From the NCBI GenBank assembly GCA_039595515.1, contig JBCNLJ010000010.1:18197-82196 (forward strand): DNA of 64,000 nt, written 5' to 3'. The DNA comes from Paenibacillus sp. (GTDB lineage Bacteria; Bacillota; Bacilli; Paenibacillales; Paenibacillaceae). A program made the translations under genes and the position numbers. Below are positions 38,415 to 48,922 of the stretch, one piece after another; positions within the stretch are counted from its first letter, which is position 1, and each line of letters starts with the position of its first letter. The notes below the pieces were generated by a model. The model did not search any database. It was given only the letters and a program-made list of their open reading frames with translations, and was not told the DNA's origin.

Positions 38415-38723
38415 ATGAAAGTGAAAATTACGCGCAACGCAGCAAAAGAGATAAAAAAAGAAATGGACAAACCGGAAAATGCCGGCTTGAAACTGCGTGT
38501 ATTTGTGACTCATGCCCATGGTGACCACGTGCACTACGGTATGGACCTGGCTGAGCCGCAAAGTCATGAAGAAGTCGTCTCCACAGACAAGGAAATTGAT
38601 GTAGCGGTTGATCCGAACGAATCATGGTTGGATGGCGTCAAAATCGATTACCTGTATGTAGGTGAAGAAGGCTTTGTGATTACGAACCCATCCAAAGGCG
38701 ATTTCGGTCACCATCATCACTAA
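38415..38723 (+). CDS. HesB/IscA-like fold protein, His-rich and Cys-free
   Basis: MKVKITRNAAKEI..LKLRVFV..YGMDL..VAVD..LDGVKIDY..GFVITNP pattern of A-type carriers. Confidence 0.7.
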   Translation: MKVKITRNAAKEIKKEMDKPENAGLKLRVFVTHAHGDHVHYGMDLAEPQSHEEVVSTDKEIDVAVDPNESWLDGVKIDYLYVGEEGFVITNPSKGDFGHHHH

Positions 38724-38749
38724 GATGACCGGAGGGAACAGTAATACTC

Positions 38750-38983
38750 ATGGCTAACGATATTCGCGTATGTGACGAGTGCAATCACATTCGCCTCAAA
38801 ACGATCATTCCTAAGCTGGAAAAAATGGCGCCCGATGCCGAGATCAAGATTGGCTGCAAGTCCTATTGCGGTCCATGCGGCAAGCGTGCATTTGTATTTA
38901 TTAACGGCCGTTATGTCAGCGCTCCAACTGAGGAAGAAGTGCTGGAGAAGGTCGCTAAATTCGTTAAAAAACCAAAAGCGTAA
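38750..38983 (+). CDS. DUF1450 (YuzB-like) small Cys-rich protein
   Basis: RVCDEC, GCKSYCGPC, FVFINGRYV. Confidence 0.8.
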   Translation: MANDIRVCDECNHIRLKTIIPKLEKMAPDAEIKIGCKSYCGPCGKRAFVFINGRYVSAPTEEEVLEKVAKFVKKPKA

Positions 38984-39022
38984 CTTGTATAGCATGACAT
39001 GCATATAATGATATACGTATAC

Positions 39023-39075
39023 AATAAAGCCTCCTATCCATCGGTTGATATGACCGCGGGTAGGAGGCTTTTATT
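39023..39075. terminator. Bidirectional terminator
   Basis: AATAAAGCCTCCTA / TAGGAGGCTTTTATT. Confidence 0.85.
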
Positions 39076-39101
39076 CGTTATATATTTTCGGTAATTCTTG
39101 G

Positions 39102-41123
39102 TTACTTCGTTTGTGCCTGCTCACTGCGGAATTGACGAATCAAATCGCCGGTGATCAGCTCATCCGATATATTCAATCGCTTTTGCGCTTCTTCAAAGCC
39201 AGCGCGTGCACGTTCGATATCGGTCGTTTGTCTTGTTTTTAGATCATAGGCTGTACCGTGCTCAAACACTCCATCCGCGGACGGGATGTAGAAGATATTC
39301 CCATCATTAAAGGCGCCTGTACGCAATACAACCAGCTTTTTCTCTTTGTTGTTGAACATATCATTACCCATCAGATAGTACGGACTGGCATTCACACCAA
39401 GCAGATGCAGCAAGGATGGTGTCATATCGAGTTGACCTGCCGGAATATCATACGTACCTGCATGAGCACCATCTGGCAGGTGAATGAGCATAGGGACTTG
39501 ATTCATAAGCTGCTCCATATCCAGATCGCTCAGTGACTTGCCGAGGAATTCTTCCATCGGCTCCTTTTCCTTGAGCGAGTCGTCATGGTCGCCATAGAAG
39601 ACAAGGATGGTTTTATCCCATAGCCCTTTATCCTTGAGCTCTGCTTCCATTTCGCCCAGTGCAGCATCTACATAATGCAGCGCCTGAATATAATCGCCAA
39701 ACGTCGTACCGGACAGATCGCCCATATCCAGTTCCTGCACAGAAGCTGGCAGAGTGAACGGGTGATGGCTCGATAGGGTGATCATGAAGGAGTAAAATGG
39801 CTGCTTGAGCTCGCTCATTTTCTCAACCGATTGACGGAAAAATGATTTATCCCCGAGTGACCAGCCGAGCGGCTCATCAATCGTATAGTCATTTTTGCTG
39901 AAAAACTTTTTGTAGCCCATATTTTGATACATGACCGAGCGGTTCCAGAAGCTTGGCTCATATGCATGGAATACATAGGAATCATAGCCCTGCTTGCTCA
40001 AAATGTTAGGCAGTGTATCATACTGATGATCAGCATAACGCGTAAAGACGGAGCCCGTTGGCAATGGATGCAGGGAGGCGTTAGAGCCAATATCTGCATC
40101 CGAGGTGCGTCCCTGACCGGTCTGATGGTAATACTGGCTAAAGTACATGCTTTCCTTCATCAGACGATTAATATTGGGCGTGATCTCCTGTCCGTTGTAG
40201 CTTTTACCAATAACAAAGTTCATAAATGCCTCGCCTTGAATGGCGATCACATTGCTATTTTTGTAAGCACCGAATAGCTTATCATCGCCTGCTTTGGCGC
40301 GACCGCTTTGCTTCGCGTTAAACCATTGCTTGATCTCATCGGTTTGTGCAGCAGATAGCTGATTGCCATTACCAAAATGATCATCGGCATACCGATAGAT
40401 ATCATAACCGTGAAAACCGAGCAAGCCAGTCACGTTGTACAGGGACATATTCCACCAGTTCCCTACAAACAAACCGGTTGCCCAGGTAGAGGTTGCATAC
40501 TTGATCGGTCCAAAGGTCATTACACAACCAAGCAGGAGGAAGATAGCGCCTCGGGCAAAGCCCGTAGTCAGGCGGTTACGTCTGCTGCTGGCTACTGTAC
40601 CGGAGCTATAAGCAGATAAACGGCGAGCATCGGAACGTGAACGACCGCGGCGGAGGCGAAGGGTTAATAAGACGATGCCTGCTACAGCGAGCAGTATCAG
40701 ATCGGCAAAGAGCCACAGGTCCTTTGCCGACAGCAGTTCGCGAATACTACCACCGAGCGATTCTACCTGGCCGGCCTGCATAAGCACCGGGATGGTAATG
40801 AAGTCCTGAAAATAACGGAAATATACCAGATCAGCGAAAATGAGCAGACTTAGCAGCACATCAAGCACGATTAAGGCGATGATGCGTCCGCGTTTGGGCA
40901 GCCACATGACCCAGAATGAAGCCAGTATAATCGAACCGACCGCCGTGACTTTGTCCAGATCATTCATATCGATATTGGGCAATTGAATATTGCTCTGCAA
41001 ATACATAAGCTTTGCCAGAATCACAATCAGGAAAAGCCAGTACATCATTTGAACAGGAGCAAACGGCCACCGCAATCGCTGCATCCAGCGTGATCGCTGT
41101 GAACCGGAATTAAAAGATTCCAA
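39102..41123 (-). CDS. LTA synthase family protein (LtaS/YfnI-like)
   Basis: 5 N-terminal TMs; IQGEAF, GQGRTSDAD (catalytic Thr), ITLSSHHPF, FYGDH. TTG start after AAGGAGG. Confidence 0.92.
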   Translation of the reverse strand: MESFNSGSQRSRWMQRLRWPFAPVQMMYWLFLIVILAKLMYLQSNIQLPNIDMNDLDKVTAVGSIILASFWVMWLPKRGRIIALIVLDVLLSLLIFADLVYFRYFQDFITIPVLMQAGQVESLGGSIRELLSAKDLWLFADLILLAVAGIVLLTLRLRRGRSRSDARRLSAYSSGTVASSRRNRLTTGFARGAIFLLLGCVMTFGPIKYATSTWATGLFVGNWWNMSLYNVTGLLGFHGYDIYRYADDHFGNGNQLSAAQTDEIKQWFNAKQSGRAKAGDDKLFGAYKNSNVIAIQGEAFMNFVIGKSYNGQEITPNINRLMKESMYFSQYYHQTGQGRTSDADIGSNASLHPLPTGSVFTRYADHQYDTLPNILSKQGYDSYVFHAYEPSFWNRSVMYQNMGYKKFFSKNDYTIDEPLGWSLGDKSFFRQSVEKMSELKQPFYSFMITLSSHHPFTLPASVQELDMGDLSGTTFGDYIQALHYVDAALGEMEAELKDKGLWDKTILVFYGDHDDSLKEKEPMEEFLGKSLSDLDMEQLMNQVPMLIHLPDGAHAGTYDIPAGQLDMTPSLLHLLGVNASPYYLMGNDMFNNKEKKLVVLRTGAFNDGNIFYIPSADGVFEHGTAYDLKTRQTTDIERARAGFEEAQKRLNISDELITGDLIRQFRSEQAQTK

Positions 41124-41727
41124 TTGAATTGAGCCTCCTTGCTAAAGAAGCCGTTCACACAGCCGATCAGGATGTGTTACGGCATTGGATTAATAGGGAT
41201 AGACCATCTTGAATATGCGCATATCCTTCTATCCGAGAAGATTACGTTGCGATTACATAATAACATAGCCAAAATATAACGGATTAGCGTGCAGTTTAAC
41301 ACGTTCACTGTACTTATTCAAGTAACAGAGTGTTTTAAAGCGTGTATAGCCTGGATAACGTGCTGGAGAGCAAATGCGACTACAAAAAGCATTTAACACT
41401 GTAATAACATAAACGAATAATCTGCAAATGCAACATAATAACCGTGCATCATTTACATTCCGTTAACAGAAAAAAACGACACCGCACCGCCGAACTGCTT
41501 GCCATAGCTAGCTTGATGCAGTCCGATGGTAGGTGTAATAGGATCGAGCGTATACCGATAGTATAGGAGAACAACCAGTAGCAGATGTGGAAAATAAGGC
41601 TATTGATCCGTCTGCTATCCTATACTTCATATGGACATGGCACGCATAAACCGGGTGCCATGTCCAATCTATTGTGGATTAGGAACAGATCAGTCGTCAT
41701 CGATTCAGACGAGCACAATCCGGTCTA

Positions 41728-42891
41728 TTATGCCTGTGGCTCAGCGGCTTCTGCTTTTGCACGAGGAGGCAATGGTCCGAGGTATTGTAAAAATTGACAT
41801 TCAATCCGTCCATTGTACAGCTTGCGGCGTTTGTCTGCTTTGCGCCCGAAAAATTGTTCGAAATGGCGTGTTGGCGTGATTGCGAATACCGACCAATCCG
41901 GCAGATAAATGGACGCTTTGCCTAGATCACGAATCATGCCTTCTACTTCCTTTGTTTCGCTCAGACGCTCACCATATGGAGGGTTCGTAATAATACAGCC
42001 GAATTTACCTTTTGGCTGGATACGCGACACTGGCATCACCTTGAATTCGATCTCGTTACCGAGCCCGGCACTTTTCGCACAGGCTTTAGCAATCTCGATT
42101 GCTGATGGATCGATATCACTACCAACTAGCTGTAATGGGATGTCATCCTGCACCGCGTCAAACGCTTCATCGCGTGCCGTTTCCCATAGTTCATCCGAAA
42201 TGATCCCCCAACCTTCGGAAGGGAAGCTACGGCGTAATCCAGGTGCAATGTTCCAGCCGATCATTGCCGCTTCGATCAGCAATGTGCCGGAACCGCAGAA
42301 CGGATCGTACAGCGGGCGATGTGGGCCCCAGCGGCTGAGCAGGATCAGTGCCGCAGCGAGCGTTTCTTTGAGCGGTGCCTCGGTAGCATTTTTACGGTAA
42401 CCGCGCTTATGCAGCGACGGACCTGTTGTATCGAGTGTGATGAGCGCTGTATCATCAAGCAGAGATACGTCAACCGCATACAGTGCACCATCTTCTGGAA
42501 ACCATTCGGTATTGTATGTTAGCTTCAGCTTCTCTACGATTGCTTTTTTAACGATACCCTGGCTTGCAGGTACACTGCTGAGCTGGGATTTTTGAGAGCG
42601 ACCGGATACAGGGAATTCGCCGTCTGCTGGAATAAAGTCAGCCCATGGCACAGCTTTTACGCCTTCAAATAGCTCATCAAAGGTAGTTGCTTTGAATTCT
42701 GCCATCTTGATCACGATACGATCGGCAGTTCGCAGCCAGTAGTTACAACGGCAAATGTCGATCAGATCGCCGCTGAAGCGCACACGACCATTTTCCGTTC
42801 GTGCATCATCATAGCCGAGCAGCTTTAGCTCGCGCGCGACAACAGCCTCAATGCCCATCGGGCAAGTGGCGATTAATTCATAAGGTTTCAT
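41728..42891 (-). CDS. THUMP-domain class I SAM RNA methyltransferase (RlmL/YpsC-like)
   Basis: LHKRGYR, APLKETLAAA, DPFCGSGT, ITNPPYGERL. Confidence 0.92.
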   Translation of the reverse strand: MKPYELIATCPMGIEAVVARELKLLGYDDARTENGRVRFSGDLIDICRCNYWLRTADRIVIKMAEFKATTFDELFEGVKAVPWADFIPADGEFPVSGRSQKSQLSSVPASQGIVKKAIVEKLKLTYNTEWFPEDGALYAVDVSLLDDTALITLDTTGPSLHKRGYRKNATEAPLKETLAAALILLSRWGPHRPLYDPFCGSGTLLIEAAMIGWNIAPGLRRSFPSEGWGIISDELWETARDEAFDAVQDDIPLQLVGSDIDPSAIEIAKACAKSAGLGNEIEFKVMPVSRIQPKGKFGCIITNPPYGERLSETKEVEGMIRDLGKASIYLPDWSVFAITPTRHFEQFFGRKADKRRKLYNGRIECQFLQYLGPLPPRAKAEAAEPQA

Positions 42892-43179
42892 AATAGAGAT
42901 TCACTCCTGTTTATTATAAAATAGCGGGTGGTGCTGATTTCCCGTTTGCAATCCAAGCACGGCAATTGTTGCCATTGGTCCGTCCATAGCGTCTGGATCG
43001 TATGATCATGTGTTTTGCTTGCCGGTTACGTCTGAAAACCATACAATCTAGTATATGTGAATGCGTCTATTCTTACAAACGTTTCCGGTAAAAAAGTACG
43101 TATTTTGAATGGAACCGACATCTGACACAAAATGAGCAGAATTTCTGCGTAGAACAATATAGGTTAAAGGAGAATTGGA

Positions 43180-43833
43180 ATGCAGATGACAGAACAACAC
43201 GGCTCGAATGCAGAGCAATACATGAACGAACTTATTGAGGAGGACGAATTACTACTACAGATCAAAGAAACCATTCGGGAAAAAAGAATGCCGGAAGTAT
43301 CTGTAGAGCCTGGATACGGACGCCTGCTTACTTTACTGGTGCAAATGTCCGGTGCGCGCTCGATTTTGGAAATTGGTGCGCTGGGCGGATATAGTGGTGT
43401 CTGCATGGCACGCGGCATGGATGCAGGAGGACGGATCGTTTCACTGGAGCTACGACCTGATTATGCAGAAGTAGCGCAGGAACATATGCAGCTCGCCGGT
43501 TATGGAGAGCAGATCGAATATCGCATTGGCGAGGCGACCAGCAGTCTGGCTGCACTCCAGCAGGAAGGTCAGCGCTTCGACTTCTTTTTTATCGATGCGG
43601 ATAAATTAAACTATGTGAACTATCTTGAGTATGCGATCGAATTGGCGACACCAGGTGCGATTATCGTTGGCGACAACCTGCTGCTGCGCGGACGCACGCT
43701 GAATCTGGAGCGAAACGGCCCGGCGATCCAAACGGTGCGCGAGTTCAATCGCCGCATGGCTACCGATCCGCGTCTGACTGGCACACTGTTGCCTGCTTAT
43801 GATGGATTGGCGATCGCCAGAGTGAAGAGTTAA
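43180..43833 (+). CDS. O-methyltransferase (Methyltransf_3)
   Basis: ILEIGALGGYSG, FDFFFIDADK, YDGL. Confidence 0.92.
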   Translation: MQMTEQHGSNAEQYMNELIEEDELLLQIKETIREKRMPEVSVEPGYGRLLTLLVQMSGARSILEIGALGGYSGVCMARGMDAGGRIVSLELRPDYAEVAQEHMQLAGYGEQIEYRIGEATSSLAALQQEGQRFDFFFIDADKLNYVNYLEYAIELATPGAIIVGDNLLLRGRTLNLERNGPAIQTVREFNRRMATDPRLTGTLLPAYDGLAIARVKS

Positions 43834-43892
43834 TCTTGTTTTAAACCGATCGGCATACGTTCATCTTGACGAGGCAGGAGGCAAATAGGTAT

Positions 43893-44792
43893 ATGAAGAA
43901 ACGGCAAATCGATATACTCGAATTTCCAATTCATCTTGGGCTGCGTAAAAAAGATGGCGATACCGAGCCGGGTGTACGTCATTTGCCAGATTGGCTGCGG
44001 ACCCATGGATTGCATGAACAACTGAACAGTACCACTGTAGCTGTGTTACCGCCCCCGGATTATACGATGATCCATGATGGGGAGCATTCTATACTTCATG
44101 TACCAGAAATTGCTGAATATGCACAGAAACAAGCGCAAATGTTAGGAGAACAGTTGGACGATGAAAATGACCATTTTAAACTTCTGCTTGGCGGCGATTG
44201 CAGTATTCTGATCGGAACAACGCTGGCATTGAAGCAGCGCGGAACGTATGGATTATTTTTCGTGGATGGGCATACCGATTATATTCCACCATCCCTCTCC
44301 ACAACCGGTGGTGTAGCGGGAATGGATCTAGCAATTGCCGCCGGAATAGGAGATGAACGGTTAACCCATTTGCAAGGGCAGCAGCCTTATGTACAGCAGT
44401 CACATCTATTTTGCGTAGGGAATCGTGAATATGAGGAACATTATGTTCGTCCGATTATCGAGTCGGATGTGCATTATTTTGATCTGTCCTCTGTCCGGCA
44501 TGCAGGAATGGGCGCGGTAGCGTCTGCTTTTCTGGATATGGTGAAGTTAGAAGCATTGGATGGTTTCTGGATTCATCTTGATGTGGATGTGCTGCATAAC
44601 GATCTGATGCCTGCTGTAGATAGCCCAGCGGAAGATGGCTTGTACTACGAGGAATTGACTGCATTATTGCAACCGCTGCTGGAGAGTGATCAGATCGTCG
44701 GCATGGAATTGACGATTCTTGATCCATCGCTCGATTCAGGTGGTATATATACGCGTCCATTCATTCAGTGGCTGGTAGATCTTCTGCGATGA
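43893..44792 (+). CDS. Arginase/ureohydrolase family protein
   Basis: GGDCS, DGHTD, HLDVDVL metal-binding motifs. Confidence 0.88.
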   Translation: MKKRQIDILEFPIHLGLRKKDGDTEPGVRHLPDWLRTHGLHEQLNSTTVAVLPPPDYTMIHDGEHSILHVPEIAEYAQKQAQMLGEQLDDENDHFKLLLGGDCSILIGTTLALKQRGTYGLFFVDGHTDYIPPSLSTTGGVAGMDLAIAAGIGDERLTHLQGQQPYVQQSHLFCVGNREYEEHYVRPIIESDVHYFDLSSVRHAGMGAVASAFLDMVKLEALDGFWIHLDVDVLHNDLMPAVDSPAEDGLYYEELTALLQPLLESDQIVGMELTILDPSLDSGGIYTRPFIQWLVDLLR

Positions 44793-44834
44793 TATCCGGC
44801 TCTGATCGGTTACATCAGTTCATTCAGTTCATTA

Positions 44835-44891
44835 AAAAGAAAAACCCGCCATACTGCCAATCATAGCGCGCAGTATAGCGGGTTTTCTTTT
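44835..44891. terminator. Bidirectional terminator
   Basis: AAAAACCCGCCATACTGC / GCAGTATAGCGGGTTTT. Confidence 0.8.
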
Positions 44892-44986
44892 GTTTGCTAA
44901 TAACAATAAACGATAACGTTCTAAATTGATCCTCACACAATCGTATAAGCTTCGATCCTCATCTGTATATGAGATTTAGAATCGCC

Positions 44987-46228
44987 TTATGCCGATTTAT
45001 GCTGTTGTTCAGTTGACGGCTTTCCGTACAGCTTCGAGCGTACCCATGCCATATTCAGCATTAACAGAATACCGGACATAATGAACAAGCCTTCAATCCC
45101 GATAAAGCCTGCCAGTACGCCGCCCATAACCGAGCCGGTCATATTACCAAGCGCGTTCGTACTGCTGTTAAAACCAAATGCACGACTTTCCATCCCGTCC
45201 GGTGTGTACGAGCGAATAAGCGAGTTGACGCTTGGCAGCAGACCGCCCATACATAGTCCCATTAGAAAGCGGATCGCCAGTAGCTGCCCGACATTTTGGA
45301 CAAAAGCCTGTGGAATCAAGGTTAGCGCGGCTCCGATCAGCGAGAACGTCAATACCCTGTGCGCACCGTACTTATCACTGATTTTGCCGAGAAATGGAGC
45401 GGTTAGCATATTTGATAAACCGGTAACGGCGCTGACCAGACCGGCCCAGAACGCTAAATTTTCCGTTGCGCCATGCAGCTTCTGTACATACAGTGGCATC
45501 AATGTCATCGGACTGATCATTGCAAATTGCAGCAGCAGTGTAACAGTAAATAACGCAGGTAGCTGTGGAGTCAGACTCAGCTCACGTAAGCCGGATAATA
45601 CGGATACTTTTGGCATTTTGGCTGCCAGTGAGCGGTCGAACTTCTCACGTACGAGAAACAGTGCCAGCAATGTGGCGAGGAAAATACAGGAGCCCGTAAT
45701 GTAGAAAATATAGCGGAACCCGATCGTATCCGCCAGTACACCGCCGATCAATGGACCGAGAATCGTACCGGCAACTGTACCGGATTGACTGATCCCCATC
45801 GCAAAGCCCATTTTTTCTTTGGGTGTACTGCTGGAAATGAGCGAGGTCGCTGCCGGGTTGAAGCCTGAAATGGTTCCGTTCAACAATCGCAGTGCGAGCA
45901 GATGCCATGCCTGCGTAGCAAAGCCCATCGCTGTAAATACAATCGCCATCCCGAAGCCGGAGCGTAGCAGCATCACTTTGCGTCCGTACTGGTCGGATAG
46001 CTTACCCCACAGCGGCTGAAATATAAATGAGGTGACAAAGTTAGCCGCAAAAATAAATCCCGACCAGAGCGCAATCCGATGCTCACCCTGTACTCCGAGA
46101 TCCTGGGATAAATATAATGCGATAAAAGGCACGATCATCGTCATTCCGGCGTTCACAAGGAACTGCCCGACCCATAACACCATCAGGTTTATTCGCCAGG
46201 GCTCCATATTCATTTTGGTTATTTTCAT
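44987..46228 (-). CDS. MFS transporter (MdtG-like DHA1)
   Basis: WRINLMVLW, WGKLSDQYGRKVMLLRS, GTILGPLIGG. Confidence 0.9.
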   Translation of the reverse strand: MKITKMNMEPWRINLMVLWVGQFLVNAGMTMIVPFIALYLSQDLGVQGEHRIALWSGFIFAANFVTSFIFQPLWGKLSDQYGRKVMLLRSGFGMAIVFTAMGFATQAWHLLALRLLNGTISGFNPAATSLISSSTPKEKMGFAMGISQSGTVAGTILGPLIGGVLADTIGFRYIFYITGSCIFLATLLALFLVREKFDRSLAAKMPKVSVLSGLRELSLTPQLPALFTVTLLLQFAMISPMTLMPLYVQKLHGATENLAFWAGLVSAVTGLSNMLTAPFLGKISDKYGAHRVLTFSLIGAALTLIPQAFVQNVGQLLAIRFLMGLCMGGLLPSVNSLIRSYTPDGMESRAFGFNSSTNALGNMTGSVMGGVLAGFIGIEGLFIMSGILLMLNMAWVRSKLYGKPSTEQQHKSA

Positions 46229-46644
46229 TCTCTTTCACTTCCTTACATTCATTTCAATATTATAACATGTTCAGCGCAAAAATGGATCAATTTTGAACAA
46301 AAAAACTATAAAAAATAAAACATGTTTTCACTAGATGAAACTTTATACACTGATTATAGCGCAAATTGCCTCGATATATCCAGCCTGTTTGCTCATCTCA
46401 TCTACTTTTCATGAGATAGGTAAGCGTTCATAGGATTGTCATGGGATGTTCATCGTAGGGGAGTTGTTACGCATTCCGAAAAAGAGGATAATGGAAATGT
46501 GAGTCAAACCGAACGAAATTGGACATCAATGGGAGGACAGCATATTTTGTCATGTGCGCAATGATGTGAGTAGCTATGATGTCCAGCATGCACACAGCGC
46601 CAGATTGGCGCAATGAAACATTACCGATGCGGAGGATTGCCCCT

Positions 46645-47703
46645 ATGAGTTATAACGATTCCTTCATACGTGCCTGTTATAAGCAAAGTACCGACCGTTT
46701 ACCAGTCTGGTATATGCGTCAGGCAGGACGCTATGATCCGGATTATCAGAAAATCAAAGAAAACTATACATTGCTAGAAATTTGCCGTCAGCCGGAGTTA
46801 GCGGCAGAAGTCACGATGATGCCGGTACGTAAGCTTGGTGTGGATGCGGCGATTTTGTATTCCGATATTATGAATCCGGTCGCCTCGATCGGCATCGATT
46901 TTGATATCGTGAAAAATATCGGGCCGGTCATCGACAATCCGATTCGTACCGCAGCCGATATCGAGCGTCTGCGTCCGATTCAGGTGGAAGAGGATCTCGG
47001 TCATGTGCTGGAAACGATTCGTATTCTGGATCGTGAGCTGGATGTGCCGCTGATTACATTTGCAGGGGCACCATTCACAATCGCCAGCTATCTGATTGAG
47101 GGACGACCATCCAAAAGCTATATTCGTACGAAAACGATGATGTATAGCGAACCCCAGCTATGGCATTCGCTCATGCGTAAGCTTGGCGATATGGTCGTTA
47201 CCTATTTACGCAAACATATCGAAAATGGCGGTAAAGCCTTCCAGTTGTTCGATAGCTGGGTGGGCGCACTGTCTACAACCGACTTCCGCACGTATGTGCT
47301 GCCAACGATTCAATATATTTTCGATCAGCTTAAGGATCTGAACGTACCGAAAATCTATTTCCCTGGTGTAAGCTCAGGGGAGCTGCTGCCGGAGCTGAAC
47401 GGTCTGCCGGTCGATGTGATCGGGCTGGACTGGCGCGTATCGATTCCAGAAGCGCGTCGTCGTCTGGGCGGCAATTATGCGGTACAGGGGAATCTGGACC
47501 CGTATGTATTAACCGCGCCTTCGTCGGTTATTCATGAGCAGGCACGCCGCATCATCGATGAGGGCTTGCAGGAGCCTGGGTATATTTTTAACCTCGGTCA
47601 TGGTCTGTTCCCGGAAGCATCGATTGACAAGCTCAAGGAGCTGACCGATTATGTGCATGAATATTCAGCTTCTGTATTGAAAAATCGTACAATATCGGGT
47701 TAA
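46645..47703 (+). CDS. hemE: Uroporphyrinogen decarboxylase
   Basis: PVWYMRQAGRY, DAAILYSDI, QGNLDP, FNLGHG. Confidence 0.96.
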   Translation: MSYNDSFIRACYKQSTDRLPVWYMRQAGRYDPDYQKIKENYTLLEICRQPELAAEVTMMPVRKLGVDAAILYSDIMNPVASIGIDFDIVKNIGPVIDNPIRTAADIERLRPIQVEEDLGHVLETIRILDRELDVPLITFAGAPFTIASYLIEGRPSKSYIRTKTMMYSEPQLWHSLMRKLGDMVVTYLRKHIENGGKAFQLFDSWVGALSTTDFRTYVLPTIQYIFDQLKDLNVPKIYFPGVSSGELLPELNGLPVDVIGLDWRVSIPEARRRLGGNYAVQGNLDPYVLTAPSSVIHEQARRIIDEGLQEPGYIFNLGHGLFPEASIDKLKELTDYVHEYSASVLKNRTISG

Positions 47704-47971
47704 TCGAGTCGCGATCAACGTCTTCGTTTATCCAGTAAATTGGCAATTCATGTCTTGCTTATGCATAATAGAAAGCAGATAGAATGGTTCAGTCGTTTCA
47801 TCGTTATTAGACGAAGTGTACAGTTATGTATCCCTCATCTGTGACGCATCGACCAGAAGTGATCTATACGGTGCTCCAAAATTTAGATGAAATTTAAACC
47901 GTCGATGTGATAATTGTCATGGATGAAGGGAACGGTTATGCACTATTACTTTATTATTGAGGTGATCCTTA

Positions 47972-48922
47972 ATGGCTAACAAAAAAATCGGTGTTCTGGT
48001 TATGTCCTATGGTACTCCTGCCAGCTTGGACGATGTAGAAGCTTATTATACGCATATCCGTCGCGGCAATCCGCCAAGCCCGGAGCAATTGAAAGAACTG
48101 AAGGATCGCTATGAAGCGATTGTAGGCGGCGTATTCCCGCTTCGTGAAAATACAGACAATCAAGTGTCTGGGCTACAGCAAAAGCTGAACGAGCATACGG
48201 CTGGAAGCGATGTTGAATTTGTATGTTATCAAGGGTTGAAGCACGCGTATCCATTTATCGAGGATGGCATTGAGCATATGGTGAAGGACGGAATCACCGA
48301 AGCGGTTGGTATCGTACTGGCACCGCATTACTCGATTATGAGCGTAGGCAGCTATTTGAAGCGTGCACGGGAAACATCGGAGAAGCACGGCTTGAACATT
48401 TCCTACATTGAAAGCTACCATCTGCATCCGCAGCTCATTGAAACGCTGGCGAATCGGGTGAATAGCAAGCTGGAACTGTTTGAAGAAACAGGTGCGACTC
48501 GTGATCAGGTGCGCGTACTGTTTAGTGCACACAGTTTGCCAGAGCGTATTCTGAGCATGGGTGATCCGTACCGCGATCAATTGCTGGAAACATCCGAAGC
48601 GATTGCCAAGCGTGCGAATGTGCCATCATGGCAGTTCACATGGCAAAGTGCGGGACGTACGGCTGAGCCATGGCTTGGACCGGATGTGCTGGATACGATG
48701 CAGGAGCTGCGCGATGAGCAGGTCAAATATGTACTGGTCGCACCAATCGGCTTTGTATCCGATCATCTTGAGGTGCTGTACGATCTGGACATTGAAGCGC
48801 AGGAGCTTGCTCAAGAGCTGGATATGCGTCTGATGCGTATTGATTCCCTGAATACAGATCCACTCTACATGGAGGTACTGGCTGACGAGGTCATCCGCAA
48901 ATCAAAAGAGGTGCATGTATAA
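47972..48922 (+). CDS. hemH: Coproporphyrin ferrochelatase
   Basis: MSYGTP, LFSAHSLP, WQSAG, WLGPD, GFVSDHLEVLYD. Confidence 0.96.
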   Translation: MANKKIGVLVMSYGTPASLDDVEAYYTHIRRGNPPSPEQLKELKDRYEAIVGGVFPLRENTDNQVSGLQQKLNEHTAGSDVEFVCYQGLKHAYPFIEDGIEHMVKDGITEAVGIVLAPHYSIMSVGSYLKRARETSEKHGLNISYIESYHLHPQLIETLANRVNSKLELFEETGATRDQVRVLFSAHSLPERILSMGDPYRDQLLETSEAIAKRANVPSWQFTWQSAGRTAEPWLGPDVLDTMQELRDEQVKYVLVAPIGFVSDHLEVLYDLDIEAQELAQELDMRLMRIDSLNTDPLYMEVLADEVIRKSKEVHV

